From positions 46,817,553 to 46,881,552 of the forward strand of contig NC_092384.1 in NCBI RefSeq assembly GCF_030028105.1: DNA of 64,000 nucleotides, read 5' to 3'. The notes beneath the pieces are model-generated. The model saw only the letters and a program-made list of their open reading frames with translations. It made no database searches and was not told the DNA's origin. This stretch comes from Mobula birostris (lineage: Eukaryota). Shown piece after piece: positions 1-12,660 of this stretch. How positions within the stretch are numbered: the first letter of the stretch is position 1; the number at the start of each line of letters is the position of its first letter. The position numbers were made by a program, and so were the translations under genes.

Positions 1-3000
1 CTAAATGGAAGCAAAAATAAACGGCGATTTACCTATCTTGAGAAATACATATTATAATGTGGATTTTATATTACTCAATTTTTAAAAATTCATTCATTCG
101 TTCCTTTTTCCCCACCTAAATGAGAATATATACATGGGAGGAATACACAGGGAAATCATTTATGTGCAATGGACATAGACTTTTTTAACTTACTTTTATA
201 GGTACTGCAGCGGGGGCCCTCAACTCACAGATAGGAGGGGTTATCCCCGACGGCTAGACGTTTCTTCTAGCTCAACCCAAGGTCATCTAGAGACCCCAGC
301 CTTGGAATCACACCTTTGTTACCTTTTTTTTATTATTCACGTTTCTTGGCTCTTACTTGTTCAGGGAGTAGATCGATTAAGTTATATTCTAAAAATTTCA
401 ATGATATACTAATAGATAAAAACACATGGCTAAGGACAAAGTAAAATTAATTTCTTTTAATGTCAATGGGCTGTTGAATCCAGTCAAGCACAGTAAAATT
501 CTATCAAAAATGAAAAAAGAACAAGCCCATGTAGCATATTTACAGGAAACTCACTTAAGTGATAATGAGCATGAAAAATTAAAAAGGCTTCACTAATTTG
601 TTTTTCGCCTCATATAAATCAGGACATAGAAGAGGAGTTGCTATTCTCATCTCAAGCAAGCTAAATTTTGAAAGAGTATTCGAAATGGGAGATAAGGAGG
701 GCAGATATATTCTGGTAAGGGGGAATATAGATGGAAATCCAGTTACTTTATTGAATATACGCACCCCCAGGAAGTGATATTAGTTTCCTTCAGAAAATTA
801 CTAATATTATGATAACGGAAATTAAGGTCTCTTGATATGTCGGGGAGAATTAAATTTACAATTACAACCAAAGTTAAACTCTTCCAATAGAAAAACAAAG
901 TCCTTACATAAGAAAGTTAACACTCTTTTTGAGGATGTTGGTCTAATTGATATATGGAGGGACCTTTCCCCCGACAGAAGGGATTACACTCATTATTCTG
1001 CTCCCCCATTCCGTATTTACAAGAATAGACTATTTCATAACATTTGGAAAAGATAGAGACAAAATAATCACTTGTGGAATTGGGACAATAGATGTAAGTG
1101 ACCATGCACCTATATATTTATCTGTTGATTTTGACCTACAACCAAAGGATACTGTTTGGAAACTAAATTCAAGTCTACTCAATGATCCTTATTTTAAGGA
1201 ACAAATTAAAAAAGAAATTGGTCTTTACTTAGAATTCAACGATAATGGAGAGGTTCCACCTCCCATTCTATGGGATATTCCGAAGGCTGTCTTAAGAGGG
1301 AAAATTATAGCGATATCTTCATATAAGAAAAAAATAAGGAATAAAACATTAGAGGAATTACAAAATAAGCTGAAGGAACTAGAAAAAAAACACAAACTGA
1401 GTTTGGGACAGGATACACTAGAGGAAATTTTAAATATTAGGAATGAAATTAATAGTTTGGCTACACAAGAGATTTTTAAAAAATTAATGTTTCTGAAACG
1501 GAGACACTATGAAAGTGGATCTAAATCTATGAAAATACTGGCGTGGAAACTGAAAAAAAGGATAGCAGAAAATACAATTCATAGAATTAGGGATCCAAGA
1601 ACAAAAGTGATAAAAATAAGCTAAGTGAAATTCAAGAAGCTTTTGAAATGTTTTACAAAACTCTATATCCAAAGTTCCAGGGGGAAGCATAACCCAAATT
1701 GACACCTTCCTGAATTCTTTAGAGTTACCCACTTTAAGCAAAGAACAAAATAGAACGATGACTGCTGACATAACTGAAGCTGAACTAAAAACTGCAATTA
1801 GTAGGCTTAAATTAAGCAAGTCATCAGGATCAGATGGATATACGGCAGAGTGGTATAAAGAGTTTAGAAGTGAGTTAATTCCTGTTTTACTCCCCATGCT
1901 GAACAGGGCCCTAAGAAAGGCGCAAATGCCACCCAGCTGGAAGGAGGCGATAATCTCAGCTACACCGAAAGGCAAAGATAAAATGGAATGTGGGTCATTT
2001 AGACCAATATCTGTTCTTAACGTGGATTATAGAACATTTATCTCCATCATGGCCAAATGATTAGAAGAGTTTCTACCCACACTGATACATAATGATCAGA
2101 CAGGTTTTATACAATAACGCCAAACACAAGACAATATACAAAGGACACTTCACATTATGGATTATATTTAAAAAAATGAAATTGAAGCAATAGCGATAAG
2201 TGTGGATGCTGAAAAGGCATTTGATTCAGTTAATTGGAATTTTCTTTACAGAGTTTTACATAGATTTGGTCGACATGACACAATTATTAAAACTAAACAG
2301 GCACCATACAACAATCCTACTGCCAGGATTAAAATCAGTGGATATTTATCTAATAGTTTTACCCTAGAAAGGGGCATGAGACAGGGTTGTGCATGGTCAC
2401 CACTACTCTTCGCATTATACTTGGAACCATTAGCTCAATACATCAGTCAAAATGAAGATATCAGGGGAATTACTATTAAAGGGACAGAGCATAAATTGGC
2501 CTGTTACACGGATGACGTTTTGATCTATCTAGGGCAACTAACATACTCTTTACCTAAATTGATGCAATCCTTTGAAAAATATGGCCAATTATCAGGATAC
2601 AAAATCAACATAGATAAAACTGAACTACTTTCATATAACTATATAGCCCACCAAGAGAAATTGAAAGTTGACATCCTTGGACATGGCAAACAAGAGTCTG
2701 TCAAATATCTGGGCATCCCTTTCAGAACCTACCAATAGAGATTAACCAAAATCAATTCAATGAATGGAACAAGATGCTATCAAGATATATATGGCAAGGT
2801 AAAAGGCCCAGGGTTTGTCTCAAAACTTTGCAATTAGCCAAGGAAAAGGGGGGGATGGGGCCTACCTTCTCTTAGAGATTATTATTTTGCAGCACAGTTG
2901 AGAGCTGTGATATGCTGGTGCAACCCATCGTATGACGCTCAATGGAAAAACATTGAGGAGAGGATACTTTCCATCCCCATGCAGGCAATTTTGGCTGATA

Positions 3001-4221
3001 ACAACCTACAAAGTTACATGAATACTATTGATAACCCATGGATGAAATGGACTCTTAAAATATGCTCTTAAAATATTATAAAAGTGTATAAACTAGACAG
3101 AGACATTGTAATTCTTAAATAGTGTGCATATGACTCGGATTTTATGCCGAATAAACTGGATGCTAGATTTAAGGACTGGACAGCTAAAGGAATAACAGCT
3201 ATTTACAATATAATGAAAGTAGGAAAACTGTTCAGGTTTGAACTGCTCAAAGAGAAACACTTATTAGAAGAACAAGAATTAAAAATGTAACCAAGGCAAG
3301 TACATGTCTGATGGAGCTAATTAGAAAAGCATATAATTCAGACAACAGTAGTAGAATAATTTCAAGCGTGTATAAGGGTTTGTCAAATCTTAAAACACAT
3401 TCGAATTCATACATTAAAGCAAAATGGGAGAAGGAAGGAGGGATAATAATATCTGAGGAAGACTGGACAATAATATGGGGGTACCAATGGAAGTGTACCA
3501 GTTCACAGAAATGGCAGGAGTTTGGGTGGAAAAACTTGATATTTTATTACACCCTCTCAGAAATCCCATTTTGATTGTAACGCCCCTGTTTGCCGGAGAA
3601 ATTGTGGAAATCAAAATGCAAACCATTATATTTTCTGGGAATGCCCCGTTATCAAAGACTATTGGAGTGGGACACATAATGCCCTACAAGACATCTTTAA
3701 ATGTGAAATACCCTTAGCGAGTAAGACCATATATTTTGGGTATATACCTCAAGAATGGTTGAAAAGAGATAAATATTTAATGAATGTACTGCTGGTGGCT
3801 GGTAAAAAGACCCCTACCAGGAAATGGTTATCACAGGAGAGCCCAACTTTAAATGTATGGATGGAAATTACAATGGACATTTACAAAATGGAAAAGATAA
3901 CAGCATCTGTTAATCATATGCTGGAACAATTTGATACATGCTGGAAAAAATGGTTTAACTACATAACACCTCATTGGCCTGATTTTATTCTCACAAGTCA
4001 ATGAATATGTTGTAAAAAAATCACTCTCTACTCTGTACATAGTTTTCTTTTTTCGATTGTTCTTTCTTTCCTCTCCTTTCTGTAAGTGTATACCTCAGAT
4101 AAATATTATGTGGAGATTTGTGACAAATATGATTATATGATATATCTGTACAGTATCTGAAATACATCTTATGGAAATGTTTGATGATGAAATTCAATAA
4201 AAAATAAATTACAAAAAAAAA
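1..4221 (+). mobile_element. L1-clade LINE: inter-ORF spacer, disrupted ORF2 (426-4004; APE endonuclease, RT, C-terminal region), 3' UTR and poly(A)
   Basis: ATG at 426 reads MAKDKVKLISFNVNGL..YLQETHL. Further motifs: [34 protein letters not shown]. Many stops and frameshifts. AATAAA near 4196 followed by an A tail. Confidence 0.92.
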
Positions 4222-4687
4222 GTAAAATAGTCATCTTGAAGCAGTAGTTTATATATTCCACTATATCCTGAGATTAATGGTACTTAAAGTCACCTAAATA
4301 ATTGTGCAACTCCAGAAGCAATATATGAATAAATATGCCACCATTACAGTAAGGTAGTGTAGAAATAACATTGAAACTGACAAAAGATAAATGTAACAAA
4401 AAATTACAACAATGTAATGGTTTTATGTGAAAAACACATAATGTTATTGCACATGCTTGAATTACTACAGATAGCATTTCCAATGCAAATACTCAATGGA
4501 AATAATTTTTTTAAATCTCACAAATGCCTCCTTTAAATTTGTAAAAAGCCATTAATGCTTTGGTGATTATTGTTTTTAAGACAAGCAAATTTCATGCAAG
4601 TCACACAATAAAATAAGGAACATACTTAAAAATCAAGATAGCTGGTCAAATTGTTTGTTAATGTAGCAAACTAAGGTTATACGAAGA

Positions 4688-5165
4688 GCAACACATAAAA
4701 AGCTGGAGAACTCAGCAGGTCAGGCAGGTTAGGTAGAGACCCTTCATCAAAACTAAAATCAAAGAGGGAACAGAGTCAGTATAAAAGGGTGAGGGGAAGG
4801 GTGAGAGTGAATCCAGTTGGTGGTGGAGGGAAGTCACATGCAAGTGAGGGAGGGAGAGAGTGGGAATGTCGCAAGAAACTGGGAGATGATAGGTGGAAGT
4901 GACAAATGGCTGAACAAGATGGAATCTGATAGGGGAGGACAGTAGACCATAGAATAAAGGGAAGGAGGTAGGGAGGGTTACAACTGAGAGGAATATGTGG
5001 GTGATGAGCAGATCAAGAAGGCAAAGATAGAGAAAGATGAGTGATGGGGACTGGTGGGTAAAGGGGGAAAAAAGGACAGAGAGGAGAGATTACCGAAAAT
5101 TACAGAAATCAACATTCATTTTGTCAGATTGGAGACTACCAAGGGTATGAGCTGTTGTTCCTCTA
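4688..5165 (-). mobile_element. Decayed Penelope-like element end
   Basis: Reverse complement of the family terminus (cctgctgagttctccagc; tgatgaagggtctc) followed by a purine-rich tract. Confidence 0.6.
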
Positions 5166-5664
5166 ATCCAGTTTGCCCACCACTGACTCGTACATGTTAC
5201 AATACTTATAAAATGTGATATGAAAGGGGTGGTTACTGCAGTGGGATCATCTGCCAGAAACAGCTGAACTGCAGAGAAGCAAGAACTGCATCACTAGCTA
5301 CAACTTCCATTAAATCCCTGAAACTTATATTTTGAAAGGAAGTTCAATTCCCTCTTCTTGGCGAGTACATGCTCTTTATTGCCAGATAGAATTTGCATAC
5401 ATAATAGCATAGCTTAAAAATAATTACTGAAAAAAAATTTTAAATGGCTAAAATGCTAGTTTATCTTTGCATACATTTTCAGTGCTGATACCTTTTCAGG
5501 CAAGATTATACTTATTACAATTCTTTGATGTCTATTTTAGATTTTCAAACATTCGTTTTCTTAAAAAAATTCATGTTACAGAGAAATTTTTGTATTTCAT
5601 TACAGAAAGTAATATATTAAATAATAAACCACTTTTCAAAGAAAAACTTGATTACTTTGTAGGT

Positions 5665-7002
5665 ATACAGCCCAGTGCATGAGTAAACAAAGGTAACAAA
5701 CAGGTGCTAATTTATCAGACAAGGGGTTGAATTAAGTAAATTGATTAACTGAAACAGAAGCAGGTGTAGAATGACTCAAACTGGGTGAAAGACAACCAAA
5801 CTAAAAAAGGTGAGGATGTGGCAGATGTGACAGTTTAATCAATTCTTATACTACGACAAGAGTGAGTATTGTAACAAGACTCAAGGTGGTCATCATGCAA
5901 CAGCAAGGTCTCTCCAAAGCAGAAATTTTACAGCAGAATGGAGTTTCAAGATGTGCTGTAAAAGGCTCTTCTGAAGAACCACAGAGAAACGGACAAGGTT
6001 GAGGACCAGAAACACAGTGGTAGGCTACGGAAATTGCATGCAGCAGATGAGAGATACATCAAACTGATGACCCTCCTAAATCAGAAGTTCAGCACTGCTA
6101 TCAGCTCTGAACTCCCAGAAACCACTGGAACCTAAGTACATCCCTCTACTGTCCAGAGAAGTCTTATCACAAGTGGTCTTCACGGAAGAGCTGCTGCCAA
6201 AAAGGCATTCCTCCAAAATGGAAACAAAGCCAAGAGATTCATCTACACAAGAACTGAGGTCCTGAACATTGCCAGAAAGTGCTCTGGACTGCTGAGCTAA
6301 AATTTGAAATTTTTGGCTCAAACAGGAGGAAGTTTGTGCATAGAAGAGCTGGAGAGTGATACACGGATGAGAGTTTGTAGCCAATAGTGAAGCACGGCAG
6401 AGGTTCCCTGCAGGTTTGGGGCTGCATTCCTGCAAATGGAGTTGGTGACCTGCTCAGAATTAGTGGAATCTTCAATGCTGAGGAGTACAACCAGACTCTC
6501 AATCACCACGCAATACCATCAGGAAGACGTGTGATCGGTCTCAGCTTCATTCTGCAGCAGGACAATGACCCCCCCCAAGCACGGCCAAGGTCATAAAGAA
6601 CCATCTTCACTGAAAAGAAGAACAAGGAGTTCTGAAACAGATGGTTTTGACCTCCACAGAGCCCTGATCTCAACAGCATCGAGGCTGTCTGGGTTTAGCT
6701 GGAGAGACAGAAGCAAGCGAGACAGCTAAGGTTTGCAAAAGACCTGTGGCAAGTTCTCCAAGATGTTTTGAACCACCTACCAGTCGACTTTTCTCCTAAA
6801 ACAGCATGTCAGTGCACCTAACAGAATTGATGCAGTTTTAAAGGCAAAGGCTGGTCACTCCAAATACTGATTTGATTTAGTTATTTTTACTCTTTACTGC
6901 TCTTTATATCAAATTTTTTGATCGCTAGAAACCTTACATTTTATTATTTTTGAAAGCATCTTTGCTTTTTTTTACATGTGCCTAAGACTTTTGCATATAC
7001 TG
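5665..7002 (+). mobile_element. Tc1/mariner transposon remnant (disrupted transposase)
   Basis: KHGRGSLQVWGC, FILQQDND and SPDLNSIEAVW motifs. Right TIR gtgcctaagacttttgcatatactg followed by TA; left TIR not found. Confidence 0.88.
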
Positions 7003-7179
7003 TATATATCTGTTTTTGTAATTTCTCATTTTTTAAAATATCAGATTACCCATGGTTGCTGTGGCAAAGAAAAATGTTGGCAATAAATATTCCATTGAGT
7101 ATCTTGCCCATGGATTTATTCCATCCCCACAGGACAAAAGGATGTTACTGTGTCTACTTTGTATGAAAGCTGCGGAAGC

Positions 7180-8824
7180 ACTGGGACACAGCTTATAAGC
7201 ACAAGACACTAGATTACTTCAAAAAAAAACTACTTGATAATTTTATGATAGACAAAAGTTTACTTGCATCTTTTGTGATTTCAAACTTAATTACAAAAGG
7301 TGGCAAGCCACACAATATAGGTGGATCATTGATTCTGCCTGCATTTTCTGTTGTAATTTCTACTGTTATGAATCAGAGCACATATGAAACTATTTAAGGC
7401 ATCCTCTTGAGCAACTCATCAGTATCAAGGCATATTGATGATATAAAAAAACAAGTTGCACAACTGCAAGTTAAGAAGTTTGCCCTGGAAATTGATGAAA
7501 GCACATTAAGTGATAATGAAGCCCTTCTGATGACATATGTTAGGTTTTTGAATGATTATCAGGCCAGTGAGGAAATGCTTTTTGCCCGAAAGCTTAAGAC
7601 AGATACCAAAGGTCTCAGCCCGACGCGTCGACTGTACTTTTTTCCACAGGCACTGTTTGGCCTGCTGAGTTCCTCCAGCATTTTGTGCATGTTATGAAAG
7701 GTGATATATCCTTGAAGAAGTCATGAGCTACTCCTTGGAAAACAATATTCTGCTGGAAAATATAATGGCTCTTGCAACTGATGGTGTTGCTTCAATGGTA
7801 GGAACATACAGAGGATTCATTTCTCATTTTAAAAACGCTGTTCCTGATGTTTTTTGCATATACTATGTCATTCCCCTGTCAGCATTTGGTTGCTTAAAAA
7901 AATTGGGAGAATGGTTGCACAACACCCTTGCTGCTATAATTAATCAAATGCACTTCAAGATAATCTTTTTCAATAGCTTTGTGAGGAAAACAAAGAAGAT
8001 ATTGAATAGCTAGTAATGCATACAGAGGTCTGATGGTTATGACAAGGCAATTGTCTTTGTTGCTTTGCTGCACTTTGGGATAGTACTGCAGCATTTCTAA
8101 GTAAGAAGCAACTTCGAGACCTGCTGGAGATGCATATTCTAGATTCCAGACTGGATGCTGGATCCAACTGAAGTGATTGTGAATGGTGTTAACACCATAT
8201 TGCAAGAATGTCTTATTGAACTGTAGAGTGACAGTAACAGCGGAAGCAAAATTCTGTGCTTCAAGCAAGATTTCTGGACAACTAGTGATATTCAAAATAC
8301 AGTTCCACAGCTCTGGAAGAAAGCAAAATTGTTTTTATTTCAATTTCCCACTTCTTATCTAGTTGAATGTGATTTTGGTGAAGCTCCTCACCTGCTGTCA
8401 AAAGCTCGTAACGATCTTGATGTTGTGAAAAGAGGTGATCTTAAATTATCTTTAACCAAGTTGCAACCAGATATTCAAAAAACCTGCTAGTTTGCATCAG
8501 TCACAAGGATCTCATTAAATACCCAAACTAGCAATATTAAATGCTTTCTCGTTCCTGGCTGGAAGAATATTACAGTATTATGAATAAAATATCCTATTCA
8601 GAGCTTTGAAAGAGTTTTATTTTACATATACCTTTACATTATATTTCACATTTAACATATAATACCAGTAATCTATTAAAATAGATATTGACTGTATATT
8701 AGAATAATTAGTACAGTTGACCAAAAAAACTTTAGCAACTAATGGAGATTATGGAGGGTGGAGGCAACAGACAAATGAAAATAATAAGTGAGCCATGAGC
8801 AGAAAAGGGCTGAGAACCACCACT
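7180..8824 (+). mobile_element. hAT (Charlie/Buster-type) transposon remnant
   Basis: GKPHNIGGSLILPA, FALEIDEST, ATDGVASMVG and FPTSYLVE motifs; end resembles ..gagaaccac. Interrupted by a Penelope-type end at ~7610-7696. Confidence 0.82.
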
Positions 8825-9522
8825 CTAATTGGCTAACTGAGGACACATCTTCTCCTTCTGGGGTGGAAGTAGCATGATTTTGGATGACATTATAAAGTCT
8901 ATTCTTAGACAATTTAAATTACAACTTGTTTTAATTTAATTTTTGTACTGTTTAAAAATTAGCAATTTTACTAACAACTGAGGGAATTCTCACCCTTTTC
9001 TAAGAATTATTTTTTATAATCATTACAAGGTAGAATTTGTAATAATTCGTCCATTTTAAATGGACTTTACATATTGTATTCATGCCATTCCGATTCAAGA
9101 TGAGGAAGTTAGATATCTGTTTTTCCATCTAAGTCTCATTTGCTGAAGTTCTTGCAAATATGACCAGATTCTGAATCCTATTTCTCTATCTACTATTGTG
9201 GAAACATGTCTAATTGCGAATTACATTCTTCCAGGAAAATATCAGGAATAATAAACTTAATTTGGATTCTTCCTTGCACTCTAACAATTAAATGTTCATT
9301 CAGATTATAAAGAAAAAAATCAAATACTCAGGGCTAGTAATGAAAATTAAACTAATACTTTTGTCACAACTAGAACTGCAAATACTACATGGCCTAATGA
9401 AATAGAATTGTTCTGTGTACTGCCATATTTGTATTAAAGAGTTGTAAATGTTTTAAATAATCAATGACAATACATTAAATTCAAAATGTTCTTATAAAGC
9501 CAATAATTTAAAATAAACCTAC

Positions 9523-9614
9523 TTTTCAAGTTCTAATTGCATCTTCAACTTTTTCTTTGCTCCTAATGTGAGTGTTTCAAATTTGTTCAGATCTTCTTCA
9601 GTAAGACTGAGGAA
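9523..9614 (-). CDS. ZCCHC14: ZCCHC14-like exon with the C-terminal half of the SAM domain: FLSLTEEDLNKFETLTLGAKKKLKMQLELE(K)
   Basis: tttatatag|TTCCTC...GAAAA|gtaggt; 92 nt, phase 0 to 2. Matches ZCCHC14 FLSLTEEDLNKFESLTMGAKKKLKTQLELEK. Confidence 0.92.
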
Positions 9615-11694
9615 CTATATAAAAAAAAGTCATTTATTAAAAATAAACTAGAATTGATTTTAACTAGCTAACATATCAAAGTTATGGTATTATGTTAAAT
9701 TATAATAACCAAATTACTCATCAGGAAGTTCAAAACACATGTTTCATGCAAATTACATTTTTTTGTATGAACATAGTCTGCTCTCCTGCATAAACAGAGA
9801 GATAGCTCAGAGCAGAGTGCTTGCAAACTCATCTCTTTTCTGTAGGATCAGAGACATGTACTCTATCTTCAGTTACATTCACAATGAGTACTCATTCAAA
9901 GGAGTGACCAAAACCACATAATGAACAGATATATTTTATTAGCTGCCTCTGTTTTGAGTTTTGGATGTTTAAATCATCATAATGTGGCCTGGATCACAGC
10001 AGCTCAGTACACCACTGTCTACATGAGAGGTCACCCTGGGTTAGTAATGTGCCCTTCCTTATCATTACTCAAGTAATAGGTTCATCTGTAACTAGCATCA
10101 CAGATTGTTCATTCAATTGGCAGAAGGTGATGTATCAAAGTCTAACCAGATTCATAGGGAAACAGCATAGCTTGCCCATAGGGAAGCTGGAACACTGCAC
10201 TGCAATAAGACAGTTAAAAAATTTTTAAATTGTAATTAATTCCCAGTAATGGTTTGTATAATTTGTTTTTACTGCTAATATAAATAATATTCACCATTTT
10301 TCTATGTCCCAAATTATCTTCAGTGTGGAGATTTACTGGGCTTGCAATTGTAGGCACCAGTGTATACCTGGCCATCCCTCACTGAAAAAAGCTGTAAGGG
10401 TCTTGCATTTATGTTCAGGTCACAGTGGATGGTTGGTAGCTGTTGGGAGGTATTTTTAAAGTAATGAACATCTTCCTAACAAGCTGCACTTAATTGTGAA
10501 ATAATTAAGATTGTTCCCATTCCCACCACGTAAGTCTACTGATGAATAAGCCCTTTAATTTCCAATTAATTTCCTATTGAATATTTGTATTGTGATCATC
10601 ACAAAACAATATTATTAGGTTTCTCGGTGAAATATTGCACTGTCTCTGTTTCAATACTTGATATTCCAATCAGCTACTGCAGGAACGTGCAGCTGTAAAA
10701 ATACAGCCAGAGTTCTGACCCTGAAAGACAGCTCTCAAAGTGATACATGCACAACATAAGCAGCCATTCTGCAACTACTGGAGAGTGATACCTCTTCAGA
10801 AATGGCAGCTGCAATGATAGAAGAGGGGGAAGAGACCTGGACAAACTTGTGAAGAACAACACTGCCAGGTGGGATGTTCTCTGTTCTCCAACATGAACCT
10901 TTGGCCATCATGGATCTTCACAAAACCATTAATGCAGCACTGAGTAGCACAATGTGAGACATTGTATAGATCAGCAGCATTCGCTTAGAATGATTCTGAG
11001 GCTAAGAAGCTGACAGTAGTATTATCATGACTTTGAATGTGACTATGGTCCAATTGTATGTCTGAGTTTTTAATCATAAAGGAGGCATAGAACTACTGCT
11101 CAAAAATGTATATACAAAATCTGGGGTTCCATTGAATTCTGGGTGAAGGATCTTGTATGATACATCTGAAACCTATGGTCTATATTCATGTCATCCAGCA
11201 AAACTGTTAGGTTTTGATACTGGAAGCAAGTTTTGATTATAGGAACATGGTAGATCTTAATATTTGGTAGCATCAAGTGTTGGTCCATTAAATAAAGTAG
11301 CTTCAGGGAGTACGTAAGAAAATAGTAATTTTTATTTTTCAAATAAGAGAGGATGAAATAATATTAGAGTCAAAAAATGATGTTGGACTACTGCTAATGT
11401 CATTGAGGGGAGTTTTTATGCTGGAATTACATTAATAAATTTACTGAAAATCTCAGTGCAAAGAAGAGACTGAATTTTCCACTACATGGTAAGGAAGCTA
11501 GAAAAGGGCAAAGTTTTGCTCAGCATTGTTGAACCTATATGCACTGTAACTTTTTACAGTTGAAGTGAATTAAATTTGAGAAAATGAATTTGCCTGTCAC
11601 TTTAGTTCTCTGTCCTATTCCTCTTCTGTTTCCCTGTCTTCAGCCAACTACATTGTTCCAATAATGCCCAAGCTTAAGGAATAGCATCTCATCT

Positions 11695-12510
11695 TAGAGC
11701 CACATATAGCATGGACACAGGACCAATTAATACATTAATCCTATAATCCAAATAATACATACTGACTGAAAACCTCAGCTAAACTAGTCCTATTTGTCTC
11801 CCAAAGTCCTACTTTGGTCCAAATCCCTCTAAAGCAGGGGTTCCCAACATGGGATTCATGGACCCCTTGCTTAATGGTATTGGTCTATGGCACAAGAAAA
11901 AAGTTAGGAACCCCTGATCCAAAGCTTTCCTTTCAATGTACATTTCCAAGTATATTTTGAATGTTTTAATATACCTACATCAACTACTTCCTCTGGTAGT
12001 TTATTCCATATTCTTACCATCCTCCAGGTGAAAAAGTTACCCCTTAGGTTCCTATTAAATCTCTACCCTCTCACTTCAATCCTATGCCCTCTAATCTAAT
12101 CTCTAGGTAGGGTGAATGCATGAATTCACTCTATCTATGCCCCTCATGCTTTTATACACCAAATAAGATCACTCCCCCGACCTCATTTCCCTACACACCA
12201 ATGAAAAAAATCTCAACCTTTCTCCATAACACAGTCCCATGAAGACTGGCAACATTCCTGCAGATCTCCTCTGCACTCTTTGACCAAAACCAGTCACAAT
12301 ATTCCAAATATAGCTTCATCAACATCTTGGACAATTGCAATCTAACACCACAACTTCAATATTCAATTCCCTGACTGATGAAGGCCAGTGTACAGAGTAA
12401 GCCTTCTTTACTACCCTGTCTATTCGTGATGCCACTTTCAGGCAACCATATACTTGAATTCCCAGGTTCCTCAATTCCACAAGCCCTCTGTGCTCACTGC
12501 AGCCCCAGGG
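11695..12510 (-). mobile_element. Old CR1 3' fragment(s)
   Basis: ORF 12319..12576 contains LGIQVYGCLKVASRIDRVVKKAY; typical CR1 3' UTR. Confidence 0.7.
11835..11916. mobile_element. 82-bp hAT MITE inserted in a CR1 fragment
   Basis: TIRs caggggttcccaac / gttaggaacccctg; imperfect 8-bp TSD ctctaaag/atccaaag. Confidence 0.75.
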
Positions 12511-12660
12511 ACTTGATACTAAAAATAGCTCAAAGCACGTTTTAAAAACTGACTCAGAATCCATGGCTGAAATCAAAAAGGAAATTGCAGCATATTAATT
12601 GTCTGTAAAAGGAAGAAAATGTACAAAATAGTCAAGTAGATTCCTCAAGATTATTGATTT

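Noticed and set aside
4222-9500. Next downstream ZCCHC14-like exon
   Set aside because: No phase-2 exon with recognisable similarity was found; it probably lies beyond the window start.
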